Positions 25,567 to 35,935 of a DNA stretch of 41,700 bases are shown here, in pieces; the first letter of the stretch is position 1; each line of letters starts with the position of its first letter. The DNA comes from Octopus bimaculoides (taxonomy: Eukaryota). The translations under genes and the position numbers were made by a program. Where the stretch lies: positions 52,568,297 through 52,609,996 of the forward strand of contig NC_068981.1 in assembly GCF_001194135.2 (NCBI RefSeq). The letters are read 5' to 3'. Under the pieces are notes generated by a model that worked only from the letters and a program-made list of their open reading frames with translations, was not told the DNA's origin and searched no databases.

Positions 25567-25579
25567 CCGAAGTGAACAT
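25567..25579 (-). CDS. SEPT7: Septin-7 alternative short coding start (MFTS + 1 nt, phase 1)
   Basis: TAA ATG TTC ACT TCG G|GTGAGT, a strong donor at 25566. In frame with the septin exon through the 5-nt microexon. Confidence 0.65.
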
Positions 25580-26406
25580 TTAGTCAGTTTCGATAGCGTT
25601 GAGAATGAAACATAATATTACACACACTAAACGTGTTGTTGCGGCAGTCGTAGCAGCAGCAGCAATAAAGATGACGGTGGTATAGTAAACGGTGATAAGT
25701 AGAATTAGTAGGGAGATGGGAAAGACGTAAGAAGGAGACAGTGAAGAAAAAAAAATTGATTCAAATCATTGCCAATCCTTAGCTCCATTTTGTTTAAATA
25801 AAGCCTGTTACTCGGTTATTTTGCGACTATGAAATAAGGCATATAATATCTACCAGATGTCGTAAAATTCGTTTACGAACAGCAGAAGAAAAAAGTAAAT
25901 TATTTTAAATACTAATGACTAAATAGGCCTAGTGAAATATACAAATATGTAACTTTTGGGGGGCCTATTATGTTATAAAATATTTTAAAATATATTTAAA
26001 TATTTTAAAATCTGATTAAAGCACAGGAGTAAACTAGTGTGAAAATAAGGACAGAATGAAATAAAATGCTCAACGAAAGACTGGTGAAATGTCATCAGTT
26101 GTTACTACTTTCACAATAGTTATAACAAATTGCTACAATTTCTTAACTATGGTTAAGGTAAACAGCAAGAATTCTCTTAGCAAATAATATTCACAATTTT
26201 TATCTTGTTGTTTGGAAAGAGATGGCGGTCAGTTTTAGAAAGATATGTTAGCAACGCAGAATTTAACTTTAATGAAAAGTAAATGATTATTGTTGATGAT
26301 TTTTTTTTAAGTGAGACTATAAGCGTTATTTTGACATATACAATATATACACAAATAATACATTTAGCTACCTTCATACATACATAAACACATATATAAA
26401 TAAAAA

Positions 26407-26437
<31 letters not shown>

Positions 26438-26516
26438 CAGCACACACACGTATATATAGAATTATATACACACGTTGTGTTTTGTGTGTGTGTGTACGTG
26501 CGTGCGTGTGTGTGTA

Positions 26517-26650
26517 CACAGGCATGGCTAAGTGGTTAAGAAATTTGCTTCGAGCCTACGAGGACCTGAGTTCTAATCCTACTGTACGGCAACCTGAGCA
26601 AGTGTATTTGCCATCGCCTCAGGTTGACTCAAGTCTTGTGAGTTAATTGT
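26517..26650 (+). mobile_element. Family A SINE head after a (TA)/(TG) microsatellite
   Basis: CAGGCATGGCTAAGTGGTTAAGAAATTTGCTTC...CCTGAGCAAGTGT. Confidence 0.65.
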
Positions 26651-26689
26651 AGTTCAAAAGTTCAGCCTTGTTACACTTGTGTTACTAGT

Positions 26690-26890
26690 CATCATCATTA
26701 TCATCATTTAACGTCCGTTTTCTATGCTGGTATGGGTTTGACAGTTTGACCCAGGGTCCACTGTCAGTTCTGGCAGGGTTTCTACAGGTGGATACCCTTC
26801 CTAACACCAACCACTCCACAGTATGTGCAGGCTGCTTTTTATGTGGCACCATCACCAGTGCTTTTAACATGGCACAAACATGAGAAGTGG
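26690..26890 (-). mobile_element. Diverged RTE-related short element
   Basis: CATCATCAT..TTTAACGTCCG..CCCTTCCTAACACCAACCACTC is the reverse complement of the 1-240 family. Confidence 0.75.
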
Positions 26891-27014
26891 CACCAGCACT
26901 AGCGTCTGTGGAATATCCAGCTGCTTTGCATATTAATTCAATGAAAAGATTTTCCAGTTGATCAAACAGCTGATTGCTTATATGTTGCAATTTATGTGAG
27001 TATGAGTCCATCTC

Positions 27015-27396
27015 GTGGAGGCGCAATGGCCCAGTGGTTAGGGCAGCGGACTCGTGGTCATAGGATCACGGTTTCGATTCTCAGACCGGGCGTTGTGAGT
27101 GTTTATTGAGCGAAAACACCTAAAGCTCCACGAGGCTCCGGCAGGGGATGGTGGCGAACCCTGCTGTACTCTTTCACCAAAACTTTCTCTCACTCTTACT
27201 TCCTGTTTCTGTGGTGCCTGTAATTCAAAGGGTCAGCCTTGTCACACTGTGTCATGCTGAATATCCCCGAGAACTACATTAAGGGTACACGTGTCTGTGG
27301 AGTGCTCAGCCACTTGCACGTTAATTCCAAGAGCAGGCTGTTCCGTTGATTGGATCAACTGGAACCCTTGACGTTGTAAGCGACGGAGTGCCAACA
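27015..27396 (+). mobile_element. Full-length tRNA-derived SINE (family C) with 13-bp target-site duplication
   Basis: A box TGGCCCAGTGG (27027-27037), B box GGTTTCGATTC (27070-27080), CAACA tail, identical ATGAGTCCATCTC at 27002-27014 and 27397-27409. Confidence 0.9.
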
Positions 27397-27760
27397 ATGA
27401 GTCCATCTCACATGCACATTATATACATCACCATCTATGTTTTAACGTTCATTTTTCCATACTTGCATGGGTTGGACAGAGTTTATAAAGCAGATTTTCT
27501 ATGGCTGGATGCCCTTCATGTTAATCCTTACCTGTTTCCAGACAAGGTATTTCCCCAAAGCCAAACATGTTTCCACAGAATAAGAGAAATAAATGACATT
27601 CATTTACAACAATTTACAACAATGATGACATGCAGACATAAGAATCATGATTTAGCTATTCTACAACTGTTGTTGGATGCTTTTTGCCTGCTACTGACAA
27701 TTTATGTGCTTTTTAGCACTATATGGCTATATGAGATGCTTTCTCGAGATGAATGTTATA

Positions 27761-28066
27761 GGCACAGACATGGCTATGTGGTAAGAAGTTTGCTTCTCAA
27801 ACACATGGAGCCCAGGTCCAGTCCCACTGCATGACACCTTGGGCAAGTGTCTTCTGACTATAGGCTTGGGCCACTGAAAGCCACGAGTGCATCTGGTAGA
27901 CGGAAATTGAAAGAAGCCTGTTGTGCATGTGTGTGTGTTCCCTATCACTGCTTGACAATTGGTGCTGATTTGTTTAAGTTCCTACAACTTAGCAGTTCAG
28001 TAAAAATAAAAGGTACTGGAGGTCAATTTCTTTGACTAAAACCTTCAAGGCGATGCCCTAACATTC
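27761..28066 (+). mobile_element. Family A SINE, nearly complete
   Basis: Head CATGGCTATGTGGTAAGAAGTTTGC, CACCTTGGGCAAGTGTCTTC, GGTAGACGGAAATTGAAAGAAGCC, GTACTGGAGGTCAATT. Confidence 0.8.
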
Positions 28067-28089
28067 AATGCTTCATTCAGTTTCTGTCA

Positions 28090-28188
28090 ATTGGGCTATA
28101 GTAGAAGACACTTGCCATACAGCAGGACTGAACTCGAAACCATGTGGTTGTGAAGCAAATTTCTTTACTACATACGCATGACTGTACC
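28090..28188 (-). mobile_element. Family A SINE head, inverted relative to the adjacent copy
   Basis: GGGCTATAGTAGAAGACACTTGCC...GGACTGAACTC..AACCATGTGG..AAGCAAATTTCTT. Confidence 0.7.
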
Positions 28189-28382
28189 TATATATGGAGA
28201 GAATGACATTCTGAGTAGAGCAAACTTATTGAAATATTGGTTTGAAGCTGCATTAAATTTCTGAAGTCTAGATAAAGTCTGCATTCATAATCTCAACAAG
28301 AGTTCTAACAAATATTTCTATAAAATTCCTCCAACTCAGAAAAGTCATTCAATTGATGACTGTAAAAATTATTACAAAAGAC

Positions 28383-29057
28383 TAAACACTTTAGCATTTT
28401 AAACCAACCATACCTGGCCAGAATATTTCTACCTGTTTTATATTCAAACTAGCCAAATCTGGCCCCTCACTTCTACTCTACAATGTCATTCTAAAAATAA
28501 ACTACAACATAAGTGAAATTTTGAAGTTATGAGATAATTCATGATTAACTCAAGGACAGCTGCATAAAGAAGTGCCAAGCTCTAATTGTGGAGGGAACCT
28601 GTGGGAAGGGTAGACCTAGGAAGACATGGGAAGAAGTGGTGAGAAAGGATCTTTGGATGCTGGGCGTCACTGAGATAACGACAAGGGACTGGGAGTTCTG
28701 GTGATTTGCTGTACTTGAGAAGACACACCAAGCTAAGTAAAACTGCTGTCATCTATACATACAGGTTTGTCCTTTACAGGTGCCAGTGCCACATAAAATG
28801 CACTTGTGCCAGTGCTGTATAAATGCAACTGTGTCGGTGGTACATAAAAAGCACCCAGTACACACTGTAAAGTGGTTGGTGTTAGGAAGGGCATTCAGCC
28901 ATAAAATCCATGCCATGACAGACAACTGGAGTCTCAACAGCTCCATGTGAAACTATCAACTCATGCCTTCATGGAAAATGGATGTTAAATGATATGATAT
29001 GAATGTGAATAAATAGGTATTATGTTTAACAGAATAATCTGAATGTGAAAGGGTTAA
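28383..29057. mobile_element. TTAA-type MITE split by an insertion containing an RTE-related short element (about 28780-29001)
   Basis: Left end TAAACACTTTAGCATT and right end GAATGTGAAAGGG-TTAA are imperfect inverted termini. An internal AAGCACCCAG..GTTAGGAAGGGCATTCAGC..GATGTTAAATGAT copy lies between them. Confidence 0.6.
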
Positions 29058-29495
29058 ATTCTTTCCTATCTTTTCTCCTCACATTATCACTCGTACATCT
29101 ATGTGTAATTTGTAATTTTACCAATGTTGTTTCCAGTATCACCTAATTGATTCCAAAAGATGGCTGCATAAAAAATAGGTTCACTACTGCATAAGTAATT
29201 GTTTGATCAATCAATCAGTTGTTTAGTCAGAGATCTTTCATTACTATTCATGACCTCATCAATGGTATGCCCCCATAATTCCAGGTCTATTATTATGTAT
29301 CCAATCTCGTCATATATGGTAAACCTCAAGCACTGAGATAAGCATTTTTCTTTGATGTTCATGGGGAAGTATGCTTTGTTTTGAGTTTGCATGTTAATGA
29401 GAATGATAAACTTAATCAAACATAACATCTGCATCAATTGTTATGGTTTTGGTTTTGTTGCTGGTATGATACCTGAGGACATGGCACACTTTTAA

Positions 29496-29713
29496 CCCTT
29501 TTGTTACCAACCTGCCTGAGACTGCCTCTAATTCTATGATCCAAACTTCTTGTTTTAAATGCAATCTAAATTAAAACCTTTCATCAAAATTTCATATTAA
29601 TACACGTTCCAAACACCAGCTTAACAATGGCAAAGTTATTTTACTAAATTACTCATTATTTTCAAAATTAGCTGAAACAAAGACTGTATTTAAATAGAAT
29701 ATGAACAAAAGGG
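29496..29713. mobile_element. piggyBac-like MITE, 218 bp
   Basis: TTAA (29492-29495) + CCCTTTTGTT ... AACAAAAGGG + TTAA (29714-29717): perfect 10-bp TIR and TTAA target duplication. Confidence 0.85.
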
Positions 29714-30194
29714 TTAATATCTGATGTCTACTGCATGTGCATCACATGACAATATTGTATTGCTTAATTTTGTAAACATATACGTAACCACACACAAACA
29801 TATATCTAATTTCAAAGATATTTTTCAAATTCTTCATGCTGGTATGGATTCATGACAGAACATGTAACTTAAGTTTCAAAATCCATTTGCTAGAAATTGC
29901 AGTCATACATCTATCTAACCCATTGGGACACATTATCAAAATGTCGAGTATGATAATCATGAACTTCTGAGATGATTTAAACACATTTCTCATTTGATCT
30001 TCTGTGTCTGTCTAGCTACTTCTATTTACCTGTCTACCCATGTATCTAACTCCCAACCCCATCTATCTGTCTGTCTGTCTGTGTCTATATATCTATCTAT
30101 GCATTTATCCATCTATGTATCTATCTACCTTTCTATGTGTCTACCAATTTGTCCGAGTCCCTCTTTCTCAGTTTTATATCTATTCACCTACTTA

Positions 30195-30228
<34 letters not shown>

Positions 30229-31449
30229 TGGTGCTCATGGCTGGAATATGTTCTCATCAAAACAGTGAATACAAAGCTCAAGAAATTCACAAAAGTTGAT
30301 TCAAGCACATATGTGTGTGTGTGTATATACATATATATATATATATATCAATATATTATAAATTAACTACCAACAAAAATAATTGGTAAGCTAAATATAT
30401 ATTGAAGAAGATAAATATGTTCATTTGATTTTATACGTTTTTGCATCGTAACTCCTTTATTATTATTAATATATATATATATATATATATAGAAAATGAT
30501 TTCCTCCATTAGCAACCAACAAATCATCCAAAGATACAGGGTTCAATTCCACTTTTTTACAAGTAGTAAAAGAGAACTGACTCCAATGTGCTTATTTAAC
30601 CAAACATGATGTAACTCAAAGTCAACCACAGTAGGATTTGAATTCTTGAGATCATAGGGTGGGCAAGGGTTAATTGCTAAAATCAAATTTTTGGGTCAAC
30701 TTTTCACCCTATAAGCACCAAGAAATATTATTATGTAATTAAAATATGTTAACAATTAATATTCAATAAATAACTGTAAATGTAAAGTTAAAAATTGTGA
30801 AATTGTTAGATCACTTAAGGAGGGTAGGAAGAAAAATAATTTATTTACAACAAAATTTACTACCATATAGTAATATAGATATATATAATTACACCCAACT
30901 GGGATTGAACACTTCACACCACTGTACAAAAATGATTCAACGTAAACATAACAAATGGATTACTTATAATTACTTTTGCAAGTCCACAGTAATAAGTAAC
31001 TAATAAAATTCTGTCAACATATATTGTAGTATAGAAAAACTGTAAAGATATAATTTCTCTATACCATGAAAGGTGAAATGAAATTATAGAGCAGGTAATT
31101 AGTACATCTGAACTATAAGCATTGAGAAAAACGATACCCTGCACGTGCAAGAAAAATTTATCAAGATTATACATAAGGACATCAGTTTGCTCACTGTCAC
31201 CTATCAATACCGTATAAGCTCTACTTTAATGTTGTAACATTAGTGAGCTTGTCATTCTGAAAGTAAGAAAATTATCTTCAAATATTTCATGTATTTTAAC
31301 ATGAGCATGCATGTGGTGAGGACTGTCAAAGAGGAGAGACCAATAAAAGTAAGTAGGATGATAATGTATTGGGTTAATCCACACATTTTCAATTTATGTA
31401 TGCTATCACACACATACACACGCACGCGCAATGTCTTAATTACTATTTA

Positions 31450-31870
31450 GGTGACAAGTTGATAGAATTAGTAATGGTGAAAAATATGCCTGGCAGTATT
31501 TGTTCTGGATCTTTATGTTCTGAGTTCAAATCCTGCTGTGGTCAACTTTGCCTTTCATCACTCTAGGATTGATGAAATATAGTGCCAGTCAAGTATCGAT
31601 GAACCCCTCCCTTCAAAATTGCTAACCTTGTGCTTAAATGTGAAACTTTATTACAGGTGATGGGCTAGCAGAATTGTTAGAGTGTCAGAAAAAATGCTTT
31701 GTGATATTCGTTCTGTATCTTTATGACCTGAATTCAATTCCCACTAGGATCATCTTTGCCTTTCATCTTTCCAGGGTTGATAAAATAAAGTACCTGTCAA
31801 GTACTGAAGTCAATGGTATTGACTATTTCTCCCCTCAAAGCTGTTAGCCTTGTGCCTAAATCAGAAACAA
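31450..31870 (+). mobile_element. Two tandem family B SINE copies (about 31450-31650 and 31656-31870)
   Basis: Both carry TCAA(A/T)TCC...CTTTGCCTTTCATC...GATRAAAT..AGT..CAAGTA...CCCCTC...CCTTGTGC; followed by (CAA)n/(CCA)n. Confidence 0.75.
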
Positions 31871-32309
31871 CAACAACAACAACAGCCGCCACCGCCAGCA
31901 CCACCACCATTGTTGTTGTTGCAAGTTTGACAAGGTAAGAGCTTTTTAAAATTGGCTGTAACTCACTCAAGCTTAAAGCACTGAATGATTTTTAGCATCA
32001 TTGTGTTGCCTAAGAATGGGTCTTTCCATTTGTATATCTGGTATTGTCAGTAATGTCTTAATTCCTTCCAAACAGCTGCCAGGTCTCTTAAGGGAGTGAG
32101 GATAGAATTCCAAAATAGGAATATGGAAGAGGACCTTGGGAGTGAAATAATCAGCCATTTTGAAACAAAAATGATGTGTTATATCTTAATTTTCATCGAA
32201 ACATTAAAGAAAACAAAACAATGTACTTTATCTTGTTTAAATACAATCCAATTACTATAGTATTTTTAATCAATTGATATGTAATTAGATACTCAGCATT
32301 TTACTTGAC

Positions 32310-32466
32310 GAGTGGTTGGCGTTAGGAAGGGCATCCAGCTGTAGAAACTCTGCCAAATTTAGATTGGAGCCTGGTGTTGCCATCCGGTTTCACCAGTCCT
32401 CAGTCAAATCGTCCAACCCATGCTAGCATGGAAAGCGGACGTTAAACGATGATGATGATGATGATG
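32310..32466 (+). mobile_element. Young RTE-related short element, 5'-truncated
   Basis: Nearly identical to 77-240 and ends in (GAT)n. Confidence 0.9.
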
Positions 32467-34085
32467 TATAGGGTGTTTGTTTGTTTGCATGTATGACCAA
32501 ATGTTTAGTATGAAGTTCCATGTTCAATCTAGTGGGTGGGGTATCTTAGCAATGTTCAAACCTACTGCATGATTTCATGTGCAAGTGCCTTTTGTATCAA
32601 AGCCTTGGATTGATCCAAGCCTTTTAAGTGAAAAGTGAGTCTATGGTCACTGTGTGGAAGCCCATTTGACAGATTGTACCTTAAATTCAAAGAGCTAACC
32701 ATGACTGCCTCACACATGCAAATTTCTAAAAATTACATTAAAGGTAAATGCCTGTGGAATACTCAACTGGTTAAACAGCAAATCAATGAGTTGGTAATTT
32801 CATTGATTGAATAGCTGGAATATTTGTTGAAATGCATGTGTGAGATCCAGTAGGTTATAAATAGATTTTTATAGAACTGATAAACAATGGATGAAGAGAT
32901 GTTCTCAAGGGTTGTTTTCAAATGAATAGGTTCATACTACTTCACCACAAAACATGCATTTACAATAAAACTCCACAAAAATCAAAGGCTGGATTTTCAA
33001 GATGGTTTGTCAAACTGTGTGTAACAAGTTCACACAGAATTAGAAGAACAGCAAAGTTGCGAGATGGAAAATTAGTTGGCTCTTTGCAACAGAATGGGAA
33101 TAATCAGACAGACAAAAGTAGCTATTTCATATGTGAATATATTGTGTGACTGAATGAATTTCAAATACCAAGTAAAATCAATATGAAAATTTTAGTATAT
33201 TATTGCACAAATTGGGATTAATCCCCCTCCCATATGCTGAGTTCATTTGGGGACTGTGGCTAGTACAGGTGCAGGAATGGCTGTGTGATTAATAAGGTTG
33301 CTGTGGTGTTGGGTTTTGATCACATTGCATGACACCTTGCGCAAGTGTTTTCCACTATTGCCTTGCAAGTGAAATTTGGTAGAAACCCCTTAAATGTGTA
33401 TATATGTGATTGAGTGTGCATATTATGCGGGATCACATGCAGGCTGACAGAAATGGTATTCTATGTGGCAGATGTGCAAGATTAGCAGTAACAGTAAACA
33501 TGAAATAGACCCCTTCATATGCTCAGAAGGCTCCTGCTAAGTTGATAGCTTTTGTTAACTAAGTGACCTGATTAGTAGTGGAGATGGGTGTTTTGAAAGC
33601 ATACTTCTCAGTTAGGAATGGAGTGCAAAAGGCATATGGAGCTATTTGCTCTGCTGACAACAAAAGGTTTCTTTTAGAATTAAGAGCAGATTTCATGATG
33701 CTTGCTTACAAGTGTGATATTTTATGGTTACCTGTGCTGGCAACAAAAGTTTCTCTCAGTGTGGAGGGCAGTTTACATGATACTTATGTAAAATATGCAA
33801 TACTTCATAATAATAACAGACGAGCCTTGATTATGAAATATATGAAAGTATGATTTGTAATGCTAGCATGTATAAATGACAGAAAAGTAACTTCAAACAA
33901 GAATTAATAAGGACCATCATAACCTGTCCAACCTATGTTAGCATGCAAGAAGCAGATGTAAAATGATAATGATGATGTGAGCATGTCAACAAGGAATATC
34001 AAGATTGGCATACACCACTTTGCTCAAATGGTGACAAACGTGGAATGTATATTGACACACGTCCATGCATGCATGGACACACATG

Positions 34086-34270
34086 ATGGGCTTCCTACAG
34101 TTTCTGTCTACCAAATTCCCTCACATGGCATTAGTAGACTCGGAGTTATAATAGGAGACAAACACACACAGGTTTAAGGATTTAAGATACATAAGTTGTT
34201 ATGCAGTGGGATTGAACCTGTAACCATGTAGGTGTGAAGTAAACTTATAATGCACTTATGTAGCTGCATA
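34086..34270 (-). mobile_element. Diverged family A SINE, head-to-head with the next copy
   Basis: CAGTTTCTGTCTACCAAATTCCCTCACA...GCAGTGGGATTGAACCTGTAACCATG. Confidence 0.6.
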
Positions 34271-34310
34271 TAGGAAATAGAAAACATAAAAAATCTTAAA
34301 CATATCTATA

Positions 34311-34653
34311 GGTGCAGGCATGGCTGTGTAGTAAGAAGTTTGCTCCTAACCATATGGTTCTGGGTTCAGTCTCACTGCATGACACATCGGGCAAGTGTCT
34401 TCTACTATAGCCTTGGACCAACCAAAACTTTGTGAGTGGATTTGGAAGACAGAAACTGAAAGAAGTGTGTGTGTGTGTGTGTGTGTTTACATCCCTGTCA
34501 CTAAGCAGTTCAGCAAAAGAGACTGATAAAATAAGTACCAGGCTTAAAAGAAAAATTAAATACTGGGGTTGATTCATTCGACTAAAAATTCTTCAAGGTG
34601 GTGCCCCAGCATGGCTGCAGTCCCATGACTGAAACAAATAAATGATAAACGAT
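34311..34653 (+). mobile_element. Family A SINE, complete
   Basis: GGTGCAGGCATGGCTGTGTAGTAAGAAG head, (GT)n centre, GATAAAATAAGTACCAGG..TACTGGGGTTGAT, GGTGCCCCAGCATGG..TGACTGAAACAA tail. Confidence 0.85.
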
Positions 34654-34744
34654 ACACACACACACACACACAATATCTTGCATTATATTGTGTATAATGT
34701 GTATATTGTGTATGTGTATATATACACAAGTGCCTTGCATTCTA

Positions 34745-34900
34745 AGTCAGTGCAACCCATAGAAGAGAGAGATCAAGAAAGACACTGGACAAAGTGGTAA
34801 AAGCTGACCTGTAAAATACTGTATCTCGCAGAGGAGATGACAAAGGAATGTATTGATTGACAATATGTGGTGCTACAGAAGACATGATTACCCCTGATGA
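34745..34900 (+). mobile_element. RTE LINE ORF 3'-end fragment
   Basis: Degenerate R..R.RKTLDKVVKADL...EEMTK, similar to 2690-2790. Confidence 0.55.
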
Positions 34901-35387
34901 AATGTGTATTGAATAATAGTAGTAATACAAGTTGAGATCTCCAGTGTGTATATTTGTGTATATGTATCCTGCCAAGCCTATATTTGCTGCCACCCTCAGT
35001 AACTTTGACCTCTACCTCTTGGATCACCTTCCTTCTTTCATTTGTTTCTCCCCTTTACTTCAATCAGCGCTTTGCTCTATCACCCATATCCCTTCATCTC
35101 TTATCACCATACCGTCTATAAAACTCAAATTATGAAGTGCCCCAGCCCCACCTTGAATACCATCCTCATCACTCTACGTGTACCTACTTTCTCTAATCCA
35201 TCCATCTCCCCCACCCCTCACTTCAATCATCACCCTTTTGTATTTTTCACTTCACCACCTGTAATACTCACTGGCCCATCACTCCTCTTCAGATTTCTTG
35301 CTGTAGAGGATATACATGACATTTTGCATAATAGAAGCATGGATGGGAGGAATCAGGATGTTCTCCTTATTAATTATTCTACAACAT

Positions 35388-35935
35388 GGCGCAGGAGTGG
35401 CTGTGTGGTAAGTAGCTTGCTTACCAACTACATGGTCCTCGGTTCAGTCCCACTGCGTGGTGCCTTGGGCAAGTGTCTTCTATTATAGCCTTGGGCCGAC
35501 CAAAGCCTTGTGAGTGGATTTGGTAGATGAAAACTGGAAGAAGCCTGTCATATATATATATATCATCATCATCATCATCGTTTAACGTCCGCTTTCCATG
35601 CTAGCATGGGTTGGACGATTTGACTGAGGACTGGTGCAATCGGATGGCTACACCAGGCTCCAATCTAATTTGGCAGAGTTTCTACAGCTGGATGCCCTTC
35701 CTAACGCCAACCACTCAGAGAGTGTGTGTGTATGTTTGTCCCCCCAGCATCGCTTGACAACTAATGCTGGTGTGTTTATGTCCCCGTAACTTAGTGGTTT
35801 GGCAAAAAAGACTGATAAAATAAGTACTAGGCTTACAAAGAATAAGCTCTGGTGGTCAATTTGCTCGACTATAAAAAGGCAGTGCTACAGCATGGCCGCA
35901 GTCAAATGACTGAAACAAGCAAAAGAGTAAAAGAG
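35388..35935 (+). mobile_element. Complete family A SINE carrying a nested insertion
   Basis: A box TGGCTGTGTGG (35398-35408), B box GGTTCAGTCCC (35441-35451), CCTTGGGCAAGTG, tail GACTGAAACAAGCAAAAGAGTAAAAGAG. Confidence 0.9.
35563..35722 (-). mobile_element. Young RTE-related short element nested in the (TA)/(TG) centre of the family A SINE
   Basis: Reverse complement is nearly identical to 32310-32466; host SINE halves continue on both sides. Confidence 0.9.

Larger units (their letters stand above)
22900..26100 (-). promoter_or_regulatory. CpG-retaining promoter / first-exon region of septin-7
   Basis: By eye, CpG is far more frequent here than in non-repeat flanks. Contains both septin start codons, a pyrimidine-rich leader on the minus strand (about 25690-25760) and YY1-like motifs (CCGCCATTT 23219-23227; GCTCCATTTTG near 25782-25792). 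TSS not determinable. Confidence 0.65.

Noticed and set aside
27015-27090. tRNA gene
   Set aside because: The tRNA-like head continues into a SINE body with TSDs and lacks a proper acceptor stem and poly-T terminator.
29207-29437. 76-aa minus-strand ORF faintly resembling a LINE endonuclease
   Set aside because: Catalytic GDFN motif absent; resemblance too weak to call.
31973-32158. 61-aa minus-strand ORF with good Kozak context (MADYFTPK...)
   Set aside because: No recognisable homology, no convincing splice donor, CpG-poor surroundings.
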